Source of the DNA: a virus
Strand: one strand, 5' to 3'
Virus record (IMG/VR): IMGVR_UViG_3300035070_003385
Span: 32,001 to 96,000 of that record
DNA: 64,000 bases
This document shows positions 53,991 through 62,798 of the stretch, one piece after another. Position numbers and translations under genes: made by a program. Under the pieces are notes generated by a model. The model was not told the DNA's origin and did no database searches. It saw nothing but the letters and a program-made list of their open reading frames with translations. How positions within the stretch are numbered: position 1 is the stretch's first letter; every line of letters begins with the position of its first letter.

Positions 53991-54232
53991 TGTTTACTAA
54001 TGAAATTGAATTTGACGAATCGATCATAACAGTCCTTGATGATTGCGGTCTATACGAAGATATAAAAGTTTTTTTAGATGACCAAGAAGTTTACATTCAA
54101 CAATACAATAATAAAAAAGACAAAATGGAATTTGTTGTAATGTCAGCAAAAATGTTTTACGAATTAATGGAAGCAATGAAAAAGCCAGCTGGCGCATACA
54201 TTTCTAATAGGAAAATTAATAATGTTAAATAA
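53990..54232 (+). CDS. Hypothetical protein
   Basis: MFTNEIEFDESIITVLDD; coupled ORF. Confidence 0.65.
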   Translation: MFTNEIEFDESIITVLDDCGLYEDIKVFLDDQEVYIQQYNNKKDKMEFVVMSAKMFYELMEAMKKPAGAYISNRKINNVK

Positions 54233-54701
54233 AAACCAAATTGAAGATTTGGTCAATTTATTGTATTCTTTAGATCAAAATACTAAAATATACATTGGAA
54301 CTGATTCCGTTCGTTTTAATAAAAATGGAGTTTGGCACGCAAAATACGCATCCGTTTGTGTAGTACATATGAATGGGCGGAGCGGATGCAAAGTATTTAA
54401 GCACAGGTCTATTGAAAGAGATTATGATGTAAGAAAAAACAGACCATCTTTGAGATTAATGAATGAAGTAATGAAATCTTGCGAATTATATACTCAATTA
54501 ATTCCGTTCATTGATGAGTTTGATGTGGAAATACATCTTGATGTTAATACAAATCCGCTTTACGGTTCTAATTGCGTTGCACATCAAGCCGCAGGATATG
54601 TATTAGGAGTTACTGGCCTTTCAGAAAATAGAGTTAAATTAAAACCAAATGTTTTGGCTGCAATTTCCGGCGCAGATCATTTTGCTAATAGTTTCTATTG
54701 A
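54222..54701 (+). CDS. RNase H-like YkuK family protein
   Basis: KIYIGTDS...LMNEV..S.EL...EIHLDVN...ADHF. Confidence 0.8.
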   Translation: MLNKNQIEDLVNLLYSLDQNTKIYIGTDSVRFNKNGVWHAKYASVCVVHMNGRSGCKVFKHRSIERDYDVRKNRPSLRLMNEVMKSCELYTQLIPFIDEFDVEIHLDVNTNPLYGSNCVAHQAAGYVLGVTGLSENRVKLKPNVLAAISGADHFANSFY

Positions 54702-54746
54702 CATTTTGTTCATTATAGATTAATATTAATTATAAGGAGAATCAAT

Positions 54747-55253
54747 ATGAAAATCGTAATCACAGCTTGTGCAATATCAATCTTGCCTGTACTTTCTTTT
54801 GCAGGTAATTCAAATAATTATGCTACTATCACATCAGTAGATCCAGTTTATAAAAATAATTATGTAACACGCTATGACAATAACTGCTATGATGTTGATG
54901 TTCCTATTTACCAAGAACGCGTGATACCTGGCGGCGGTTCTGATGGCGATGTTTTTGCCGGAGCAATTATAGGCGGAGTTATTGGAAATCAGTTTGGTAA
55001 TGGTAGCGGAAAAGACGCCGCGACGGTTTTAGGAGCTATTCTAGGCGCTAATAGAGCATCTAATAAACGTGTACAGGAAATAGTTGGATACCGCGTTGAG
55101 CAAAAATGTGAGTCAATACAAAAAACTGTAAATGAACCAACAATCTATAAATACAATATCAGTTACGAGTATAACGGTTATACTTATACTCAAGAAACTA
55201 CTAAGCGTTATACTTTAGGTCAAACTGTTTTAATCCAGCCATCTTTGGATTAA
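54747..55253 (+). CDS. Secreted glycine-zipper 2TM domain protein
   Basis: Signal peptide; GAIIGGVIGNQFGNGSGKDAATVLGAILGA. Confidence 0.8.
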   Translation: MKIVITACAISILPVLSFAGNSNNYATITSVDPVYKNNYVTRYDNNCYDVDVPIYQERVIPGGGSDGDVFAGAIIGGVIGNQFGNGSGKDAATVLGAILGANRASNKRVQEIVGYRVEQKCESIQKTVNEPTIYKYNISYEYNGYTYTQETTKRYTLGQTVLIQPSLD

Positions 55254-55260
55254 TTAAATT

Positions 55261-55309
55261 CGGGTGGTTGCGTAATAAACCCGCGAAGGCCAACGGTTAG
55301 CCTTTTTTT
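55261..55309 (+). terminator. Double hairpin ending in a T-tract
   Basis: CGGGT...ACCCG followed by AAGGC...GCCTTTTTTT. Confidence 0.6.
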
Positions 55310-55338
55310 ATTTGCGAATTTGTTATTAGGAGAAATAC

Positions 55339-55707
55339 ATGGGCATCAAAGCTGGAAAAATTTGGGGAAATACAGAACTCATTCACGCAAATGGCGTATT
55401 GGAATTTCATAGAATTGAATTTAACAAAGGTTATAAGTGTTCAGAGCATGAACATAAATTTAAATGGAACGGGTTTTACGTAGAATCTGGTCAAATGATT
55501 GTAAGGGTATGGCAAGATGAAGATCAAGCTGGCTTGGTTGATGAAACAATTCTTGGTCCTGGTGATTTCACTCAAGTTAAACCTGGGAAGATCCACCAGT
55601 TTGAAGGGGTTGAGGACGGAGTGGCCTTTGAATTATACTGGGCAGAATTTAATCACGATGATATTGTTCGAAGAACTATCGGAACATCAATACAAGGTAA
55701 AAAATAA
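55339..55707 (+). CDS. Cupin-domain protein (sugar isomerase-like)
   Basis: KIWG...CSEHEH..K...FYVESG...H.F. Confidence 0.75.
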   Translation: MGIKAGKIWGNTELIHANGVLEFHRIEFNKGYKCSEHEHKFKWNGFYVESGQMIVRVWQDEDQAGLVDETILGPGDFTQVKPGKIHQFEGVEDGVAFELYWAEFNHDDIVRRTIGTSIQGKK

Positions 55708-56009
55708 TGAAAAAATATTTTGATTTTAATGGTGTAGCAAAGCGCCAAGAATTTTGGGCAGTACACATCGTAGGCATAATAGCAATCGTAATTGCTATGA
55801 CAATGCTAGAAGGTTCCGGAGCACTAGGGGCGCTTGTCGCATTGGTTGCATTAATTGCAACACTTTGGGCAATTATTGCTGTAACTGTAAAACGTTTGCG
55901 TGATGCAGGTCTTAACACTTTGTGGGTTTTAGCAATACTTATACCTTATGTTGGTACGGTTGCTAGTATTGTGTTTGGTTGTATTGGCAGCATTGAAATT
56001 AAAGAGTAA
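55707..56009 (+). CDS. DUF805 membrane protein
   Basis: F.G.A.RQEFW...TVKRLRDAG. Confidence 0.8.
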   Translation: MKKYFDFNGVAKRQEFWAVHIVGIIAIVIAMTMLEGSGALGALVALVALIATLWAIIAVTVKRLRDAGLNTLWVLAILIPYVGTVASIVFGCIGSIEIKE

Positions 56010-56012
56010 TAA

Positions 56013-56792
56013 ATGAGAATTATTGCAGGTCCATGCCAGCACGAAACACTTGCACAAAGTGCAGAAATTGCTAAAGAGTGTAAACGCGTATGCGACAAAT
56101 ACGGTATAGAATATTACTTTAAAGCTAGTTATGATAAAGCAAATCGGAGTAGTGCTAACGGTCAGCGCGGCCAAGGTATGGATGCGACATTAACAGACTT
56201 TCTTGCACTAAAGGTAACACTGGGTGTAAAAACACTTACTGATGTGCATGATGTCGTACAGATTGCCAGGATTGAAAAGGAATTTAAAGATGCAGTTGAT
56301 GTTTATCAAATTCCAGCGTTCTTGTGTCGACAAACTGATTTAATCAAAGCAGCCTGTGCTACAGATAAAATTGTAAATATCAAAAAAGGGCAATTTATGG
56401 CTCCTTGGGATGTAAAGGGAGTATTAAGCAAGTGTGATGGTGCAAAAGAAGTTTGGATAACTGAAAGAGGTACTAGTTTTGGATATAACAATCTCGTTGT
56501 TGATTACACTGGTCTTATTTACATGCTCAACACTTATGATAATGATATTGTGTTTGATGTTACGCACTCTGTACAAAAACCCGGGGGATTGGGGGATAGT
56601 AGCGGTGGGAATCGTGATTACGTGCCTAGCCTTTCTTATGCAGGGGCTGCTCTTGGGATCAAATCATTTTTCCTCGAAGTCCACGCTATGCCTGATGACG
56701 CGCCAAGCGATGGTCCAAATATGCTTAAATTAGAAAATTTTGAAGCTGTAGTAAAACAAATAAAAAAAATAAATATCGCTATTAGTAAATAA
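56013..56792 (+). CDS. kdsA: KDO 8-phosphate synthase
   Basis: IAGPC, FKASYDKANRSS, LTDVH, QIPAFLCRQTDL, NIKKGQF, TERG.SFGY, FDVTHSVQ. Confidence 0.95.
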   Translation: MRIIAGPCQHETLAQSAEIAKECKRVCDKYGIEYYFKASYDKANRSSANGQRGQGMDATLTDFLALKVTLGVKTLTDVHDVVQIARIEKEFKDAVDVYQIPAFLCRQTDLIKAACATDKIVNIKKGQFMAPWDVKGVLSKCDGAKEVWITERGTSFGYNNLVVDYTGLIYMLNTYDNDIVFDVTHSVQKPGGLGDSSGGNRDYVPSLSYAGAALGIKSFFLEVHAMPDDAPSDGPNMLKLENFEAVVKQIKKINIAISK

Positions 56793-56930
56793 GGAGATAA
56801 TATATTGGCTGACATAATTTTATGGAATTGTATATTTTGGAGTGTTTGGTTAACAATTTCTTACATTCCTTATTTACTTGTGCAAATTGCAATAGATAAT
56901 AGTAAAGACACAAGTAATTAGGATCAATAA

Positions 56931-57611
56931 ATGACTAAAACGGCAATATTAATACCAGCTAGATTTGCAAGCACACGATTTCCAGGTAAACCTTTGACTC
57001 TACTTGGCGGTGTTCCCATGATACAGCGTGTATATAATGAGTGCAAGAAGTCAGGTTTAGATACATATGTGCTTACAGATGATCTGAGAGTGTTTAATTT
57101 ATTTGGATCGAGCAAGTGCTGGATTGAAGAAGGTGAATATGAAAATGGCACAGCGCGATGCGCAGGTGCTATTAAGAATTCTTTCTTTGATGATTATGAT
57201 AAGTTTATCAATGTCCAAGGTGATATGCCTGATGTAACTCAACATATGATTGAAAAAACTGAGTGGCATTTGGAAAACTACACTGTTACAACTATGTGTG
57301 CATTAATGCCTTCTGAGTTGCAGAATGATCCTAACACTGTTAAGCTAGTAAGAGTAGGTGATAAATGTCTATGGTTTGGAAGAGGTATCACTGGTTATGG
57401 CGATCACCACCTAGGTATATATGGATATAAACGATGGGCATTGGAAATGTATCCTAATATGGAGATTACAAAAGAAGAACGTATCGAAGCTTTAGAGCAA
57501 ATACGCTGGCTTAAAAATGGATTTGACATTGGAGTATTGCAAACTGACTTTAATGGAATAGAAATAAACACGCCAGAAGATGCTAAAAAATGGAAAGAAG
57601 CTAACAAATGA
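56931..57611 (+). CDS. kdsB: CMP-KDO synthetase (3-deoxy-manno-octulosonate cytidylyltransferase)
   Basis: LIPARFASTRFPGKPL, INVQGD.P, HLGIYGY, E..E.LEQ.R.L. Confidence 0.92.
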   Translation: MTKTAILIPARFASTRFPGKPLTLLGGVPMIQRVYNECKKSGLDTYVLTDDLRVFNLFGSSKCWIEEGEYENGTARCAGAIKNSFFDDYDKFINVQGDMPDVTQHMIEKTEWHLENYTVTTMCALMPSELQNDPNTVKLVRVGDKCLWFGRGITGYGDHHLGIYGYKRWALEMYPNMEITKEERIEALEQIRWLKNGFDIGVLQTDFNGIEINTPEDAKKWKEANK

Positions 57612-57676
57612 ATGATGAATATCTATATGAAGATACCGAAGAAGACGATTTTAAAGAAATGGATGATGGCGCTTAG

Positions 57677-57709
57677 GTAACATAATAGTAACATAATAGT
57701 AACACATTA
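57677..57709 (+). promoter_or_regulatory. Three 11-bp tandem repeats (Pho-box-like) upstream of the tmRNA promoter
   Basis: GTAACATAATA GTAACATAATA GTAACACATTA, followed by TTGACA at about 57728. Confidence 0.55.
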
Positions 57710-57764
57710 AGTTATTTAAATAAATAGTTGACATTTGGACTACAATGGATTATATATAATTAGT

Positions 57765-58072
57765 AAGCGTTGAAGCAACGTGGACACATACTGGACCCCG
57801 GTTCGATACCGGGCAGCTCCACCATAGATACACTGTTTAAACAGGAACATTGTTCTGGGCATAGCCAACGAAATCGCCTGCTGCGGTTGGCAGTGTATCT
57901 TTGATGGGGCTGAAATGGGATCGACAGGTGTGGAAGTGGAAGTGGAGTTTACCGGATGACTGCGTTATTGGTCAAACTTTCTAAATGCAAACGCAAATAG
58001 AGCGCCAAAAATGGCATTAGCAGCCTAAAGGTATGTGAGGGTTGGCAACGCACCTAGTAACAGAAGCGTTGC
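57765..58072 (+). ncRNA. ssrA: Circularly permuted two-piece tmRNA
   Basis: Acceptor piece ...GTTCGATACCGGGCAGCTCCACCA (ends 57824) precedes the coding piece GGGGCTGA (57906); G3-U70 pair; tag ANANRAPKMALAA* at 57987-58028; intervening hairpin AGATACACTG/CAGTGTATCT. Confidence 0.92.
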
Positions 58073-58103
58073 AATTATTTTAAATAACAGAGGAAAAAAT
58101 GTA

Positions 58104-58904
58104 ATGAATAAGTTTTTAACAACAGCTGCAATTGTGTTTGCAGGTTCTGCAGCTTTTGCAGAAGAAACCAGCGAAACGCCATATGTACCATATATTGGTA
58201 TTAGCGGTGAAATTAAAACGGTAATTGCAGAAACACCTGAAAATAATTATGGCGCTACAACATCTTTAGATTTAGATGTTTCTGCTGTAAACGGATTGGC
58301 TTTTGGGTCTATGGAATTTGGTATTGACACTGGATCCAATGCAATTACTCTCGACGAATATTCAGTTGGTACAACCGTTGGTGCTGCATCAATAAGCTTT
58401 GGTAGACAAGGTAATGTTTTTGTTGAAGGCGAAACTGGCGCGACTCTACTTGATCCTGCGTTAGGTACAAGCATTATAGCTAATGCTTATGGCGCAACAG
58501 TTGGTCTTGGCTTTACTGACGTAACTGCTGATGTAATTGATATCGAAAACATACAAGGTGCGTACTCTGTCGGTGCAAATGCTATTGGTTTAGAAGCATC
58601 TGTAGATTATAACTTCAATTCAGAAGATTGGGTCCTTGGCGGACGTGCAACTACAGACCTAAGTATTGCATCAATTGGCCTAACAGGAACATACGGTTCA
58701 GCAGCAGAAAAAGCAGCCTTTGAAGCTGATGCAACTGTATTTGGTGTTACTGCATATCTTGCTGGTGATGCTGATGATATGGCCCAAAATATTGGTGGTT
58801 CATATGAATATGTTTTTGGTGGCATGTCATTAGAATCTGGCGTGGATTATAACTTAAATTCTGAAGAAATTGTCCCAACAATTTCGGCATCCTTTGCGTT
58901 TTAA
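58104..58904 (+). CDS. Outer-membrane porin-like beta-barrel protein
   Basis: Signal peptide ending AAFA; alternating beta-strand pattern; terminal Phe (ISASFAF); start placed at 58104. Confidence 0.75.
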   Translation: MNKFLTTAAIVFAGSAAFAEETSETPYVPYIGISGEIKTVIAETPENNYGATTSLDLDVSAVNGLAFGSMEFGIDTGSNAITLDEYSVGTTVGAASISFGRQGNVFVEGETGATLLDPALGTSIIANAYGATVGLGFTDVTADVIDIENIQGAYSVGANAIGLEASVDYNFNSEDWVLGGRATTDLSIASIGLTGTYGSAAEKAAFEADATVFGVTAYLAGDADDMAQNIGGSYEYVFGGMSLESGVDYNLNSEEIVPTISASFAF

Positions 58905-58928
58905 ACACTAAAAATTATTTTTATAGAC

Positions 58929-58958
58929 AAAAAGAGGAGCTAAGGCTCCTCTTTTTTT
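58929..58958 (+). terminator. Rho-independent terminator
   Basis: AAAAAGAGGAGC-taag-GCTCCTCTTTTTTT. Confidence 0.85.
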
Positions 58959-58997
58959 ATAAATATAAGGCAATTGTTATGAATATAGGATTAATAC

Positions 58998-59576
58998 ATG
59001 TTTAAAAACCTTTTTACTATAATAATGCTATTGGCGGCAACGTCCGTGCTAGCACAGGATGTAGGTGATGATGTAATTTATACTGATAACACAAATACAA
59101 GTGATGTAAACAGTACAAGTACTTCTAGCACTACTGTAAAATCTCCACCACCTTCAGCAATTTCACCTTCTATAAATTCTTCAAATTCTGATTTGTGTAC
59201 TGTTGGTGTATCTGGTGCTGTCCAAACCCAAATTCTTGGTATTAGCGCAGGTAAAACCGTTCGTGATATGAATTGCGAAAAGCTAAAAAATGCTAAAGTG
59301 TTATATGACATGGGTATGAAAGTAGCTGCTGTGTCTGTGATGTGTCAAGATGAAAGAGTTTTTGATGCTATGATGAACGCAGGAACTCCTTGCCCATATC
59401 AAGGAATGATTGGACCGGAAGCTCGAGCTGCTTGGGAGGCAAACAAAGATAAGCAACCTGGCAACAAGTCAAAAAACAAGTCAATGAACCCATTTAAGGA
59501 TTTGGAAAATGATGAAAAGTCAACTTTATTTGGCGGCGGCGCTGTTGGTATCCTCCTCCTCCTATTGTTACTCTGA
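58998..59576 (+). CDS. Secreted Cys-containing protein with C-terminal hydrophobic tail
   Basis: Signal peptide; SDLC..GVSGAVQTQILGISAG....D.NCE; late promoter at 58958-58965. Confidence 0.7.
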   Translation: MFKNLFTIIMLLAATSVLAQDVGDDVIYTDNTNTSDVNSTSTSSTTVKSPPPSAISPSINSSNSDLCTVGVSGAVQTQILGISAGKTVRDMNCEKLKNAKVLYDMGMKVAAVSVMCQDERVFDAMMNAGTPCPYQGMIGPEARAAWEANKDKQPGNKSKNKSMNPFKDLENDEKSTLFGGGAVGILLLLLLL

Positions 59577-60414
59577 CACAAGCTACGGTGTTACTAATAA
59601 CGCGGCTATAGCCGGATTATCCTGGGGCATGGAAGAAATACTCCCTAATCATGCCGCTCCATATGTTACAGTTCAAGTTCATGGATTAACATATAGATAC
59701 ACGATGGTAAAAAATCCAGAAACGGATGCTTTAGTTTACGTTAGAAACAAAAATGCTGTTGATGGTGGTTATATATTTGAAGAAACTGATGATTGGTCTG
59801 GTAATCCTGGTGGAACCATTCAAAAATATGTTAGGTTTCCTTATGTTGATGCTACTAAATGGGGCGATGGATCCATGAATGTTGAAGGCGAAGGCCGCAT
59901 AGAAAATCCTTCAGTAATATATAATTATAAATTAGATGTAGACGAACAAGCAATGATGTGTTATGGAAATCCTTTGTACGATCCGTCGTGCCCTGGCTTT
60001 CAACAAGCTTTATTAGATTATTTAAATAATATGGAAACATTAAGTGCAGGCGACCCATTTTATGATGAATGGGTGCAAGCAAATCTTTCTATGAATGACA
60101 AAAAAGAAAACGAAGAAGCGAAAGAAATAAAAGAACCCGAAGAAAAATTATCTAGGTTTGAAAAAAAATTAGGCGGTAAAAATACGATAGGCAATTTAGT
60201 TAATGAGGCAGAGCAGACAAGAGTACTAGCTTCATTGGCACAAAATCAAAAAATTGAAAATTATTATACAGTAACAATCCAAGGCGGGGAATATGTTGAT
60301 GCTGTAATACTTGAAGACACAATAATACAAGATAACAGAAGGGCAATGAAAAGTTTAGCGTCTGATGCTAAACACAATACGATGGTTCGCTCACAATACG
60401 AAAACGAACAATAG
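59509..60414 (+). CDS. Secreted hypothetical protein
   Basis: N-terminal signal-like segment; C..PL.DPSCPG. Confidence 0.7.
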   Translation: MMKSQLYLAAALLVSSSSYCYSDTSYGVTNNAAIAGLSWGMEEILPNHAAPYVTVQVHGLTYRYTMVKNPETDALVYVRNKNAVDGGYIFEETDDWSGNPGGTIQKYVRFPYVDATKWGDGSMNVEGEGRIENPSVIYNYKLDVDEQAMMCYGNPLYDPSCPGFQQALLDYLNNMETLSAGDPFYDEWVQANLSMNDKKENEEAKEIKEPEEKLSRFEKKLGGKNTIGNLVNEAEQTRVLASLAQNQKIENYYTVTIQGGEYVDAVILEDTIIQDNRRAMKSLASDAKHNTMVRSQYENEQ

Positions 60415-60423
60415 GAGATTCAT

Positions 60424-60927
60424 ATGTTCAAACAATTATTAACTTTAAGTACACTTAGCATCTTTGTAGCATCAGCTGCTTTTGCTAATGAAACACCAAT
60501 TGTAGGTAATGTTTCATCTAAATGCTCAATATATACAGATAAAGCCGGTGTTTATGGTAACCCTACACCAGATGAATTAAGTACATTACCAGCAGATGGC
60601 GGTGTACTTCCAGTCGTTAGATACGACGTGTCCATTGCAGATTATTACACCGCTAAAATCTCTTGGCCGAATTCATTTTCCAGTAGCCCATCATTAACAG
60701 ATGCGGTTGCGTGGGATGGTGAAATAGAAGTGTCAAATACATCTGATGCTGGCATGGCCGGTTACGAAACCGCAAAGATTGAATATGAAAATCATACAGA
60801 ATACGATCTTACAGTTGCAGGCTCAACTTGGTTTAAGGTAACTTCAGAGGCATTATATGGTGTTGGTAAAGCATTACCTGGAGGAGAATATAAGGCTAAT
60901 GTTGTGGCGGAATGTATAGCAAAATAA
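60424..60927 (+). CDS. Secreted protein, possible pilin-like beta-sandwich
   Basis: Signal peptide ending AAFA; I.GNV.SKCSI at the mature N-terminus; C-terminal G.Y.A.V...C. Confidence 0.65.
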   Translation: MFKQLLTLSTLSIFVASAAFANETPIVGNVSSKCSIYTDKAGVYGNPTPDELSTLPADGGVLPVVRYDVSIADYYTAKISWPNSFSSSPSLTDAVAWDGEIEVSNTSDAGMAGYETAKIEYENHTEYDLTVAGSTWFKVTSEALYGVGKALPGGEYKANVVAECIAK

Positions 60928-61301
60928 TGAAAATTTTAAATATAATTGCAATAGCGCTTTTTGCTAATAGCGCTATTGCGCATGAATTAACACCAACATA
61001 TCCAAAAATATTACCGTCTTATATTACAGGAATATCGGTAATAAAAATGAAATTGTGGAATAGGCGAAACGATGCTAATTTTTATGAGATAGACGTATTT
61101 GACTCTGAATGGAATAAAATTTCGTTTGCGTCAACTGATAAAATTTTTCAATTAGATTATTTAGAGCAAAAGAATTTTGATATTTACATCAAAGACAGTG
61201 ATAGAAATAAAATATCTTTTATCTGTACTTCATCTAAACAATTAAAAAAAGATGTGTTGTCAACAGGAATAAAGACTAGAATTTGTTCAAAGATAAAATA
61301 A
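60927..61301 (+). CDS. Secreted protein, possible Ig-like/chaperone domain
   Basis: Signal peptide then HELTPTYP; L.NRR; ICT.S...TRICS; TAATG coupling. Confidence 0.65.
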   Translation: MKILNIIAIALFANSAIAHELTPTYPKILPSYITGISVIKMKLWNRRNDANFYEIDVFDSEWNKISFASTDKIFQLDYLEQKNFDIYIKDSDRNKISFICTSSKQLKKDVLSTGIKTRICSKIK

Positions 61302-61319
61302 TACTAAGTGAGATAAAAA

Positions 61320-61724
61320 ATGAAATATATAATACTATTGTTTATTGTTATTGGTTCAGCTTCATATGCAGATTCATCTTCATTAAACTTACAACTCCCT
61401 GGTATACCAGGTAATTACCAATCTGATAGGTTTCGTGCTGGTGATCTTGATTGTTCCAATGCTATTGGGTCAGCAACCAATTTGGAGTTTGGTGTCACTG
61501 GTATAATTGATAAAGACTACGATGATCCTATAAGTGGTTTTAACCAAGACACCAAAACCGACGTTGGTGTATATGCAAGAATAACAATTCCTTTAGGTAA
61601 AAAGCCAAAATCTCGTGTTGATTGCAACAGATTATTTGAATTAGAATTAAGAAAAAAACAATTAGAAGTAAGAAAGCTAGAACAAGAATTGGAACAACTC
61701 AGAAAATTGCAGTTTGAAAATTAA
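61320..61724 (+). CDS. Secreted hypothetical protein with C-terminal coiled coil
   Basis: Signal peptide; SDRFRAGDLDCSNAIG...VGVYARITIPLG...DCN.L.ELEL. Confidence 0.7.
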   Translation: MKYIILLFIVIGSASYADSSSLNLQLPGIPGNYQSDRFRAGDLDCSNAIGSATNLEFGVTGIIDKDYDDPISGFNQDTKTDVGVYARITIPLGKKPKSRVDCNRLFELELRKKQLEVRKLEQELEQLRKLQFEN

Positions 61725-61736
61725 AGGAAATTAATT

Positions 61737-62075
61737 TTGTTTTGTAACTATTTAATAGGATTGGCACTATCTGTACATATAAATTCTGCCAAGAATTTTA
61801 ATGAAATACATCCGCAGGGAAGAATGGAATGTGGAAATTATGTTTCTGGCATATATTTAAATAGCCTTGAAAAACCTAGCATATATGCAGGATTTAAGAA
61901 TAAATTTTATAACGATTTACACATAGAATATGGTATTGTGGATGGGTATTATGGATTAGGGAAAAAGGATATAGTTCCTTTTTTAAAATTAAATTACAAA
62001 AACTATTTTCTTACACCAACATTTGATGATGATATTGCGATTGTAATTGGAGTAGAATATTTTTTAGGAGACTAA
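61737..62075 (+). CDS. Small outer-membrane beta-barrel-like protein
   Basis: SVH..NEIHP...G.YLNS....SIYAG...EYG.V.GY; aromatic C-terminus. Confidence 0.5.
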   Translation: MFCNYLIGLALSVHINSAKNFNEIHPQGRMECGNYVSGIYLNSLEKPSIYAGFKNKFYNDLHIEYGIVDGYYGLGKKDIVPFLKLNYKNYFLTPTFDDDIAIVIGVEYFLGD

Positions 62076-62076
62076 C

Positions 62077-62772
62077 ATGGCTGAAGTAGAATTTGGCGGA
62101 TTAAAATTTTCTGGTGGTAAAATGTTTGCTGTGCTTACTGCTTTATCTACGCTAGGCGGCGCAGCCTGGGGAGGATTTGAAATATACGCAGACTATATGG
62201 ACATGAAAGAAATTATTCAAAATATAGACATTCAAGAGATCCAAGCTGCGAATGAATTACAGTTACAAAAACTTGATGATGCAATAAATTACACAGTAGA
62301 AATTAGACAGGACTTGGCAAATGATGTCGAGCGAGTCGAAGGAACTGTACGTCAATTAGAAAATCAAGTACAGAAAGCTGAAGAAACGGTAAGAACATTA
62401 CGTAGCGACATATATGTAAAACTTGATCAATTTGAAGAGCGCCAAAGATTGACATTAAAAGATAACCAAGATACTATGGCTAATTTACGAGATACAATTA
62501 GCACAAATTTAGAAACCTCTGAAGGGCGAATTAAAAGTACTCAGTCCTCAATAGAAAATATTCTTGCTAATATTCGTGAAGATTTAAACAACCAAACCAA
62601 AGATGTTACCACGTCAATACGAGAAGTTGAAGCAACTGTAAGATTATCAGAAAAAGATGTACGCGATGTTATGAAAGAAACAATTAAAAATCTTGAAGAA
62701 AAAATGACAAAACTTAACAATGATATAAATAAAATAATACAAGAAGCTTTGGATAATCCATTATCAGACTAA
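62077..62772 (+). CDS. Membrane-anchored coiled-coil protein
   Basis: N-terminal TM (LTALSTLGGAAWGGF) followed by long heptad repeats. Confidence 0.7.
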   Translation: MAEVEFGGLKFSGGKMFAVLTALSTLGGAAWGGFEIYADYMDMKEIIQNIDIQEIQAANELQLQKLDDAINYTVEIRQDLANDVERVEGTVRQLENQVQKAEETVRTLRSDIYVKLDQFEERQRLTLKDNQDTMANLRDTISTNLETSEGRIKSTQSSIENILANIREDLNNQTKDVTTSIREVEATVRLSEKDVRDVMKETIKNLEEKMTKLNNDINKIIQEALDNPLSD

Positions 62773-62798
62773 TACAAAAATCTTTAGGAGAAACGGCA

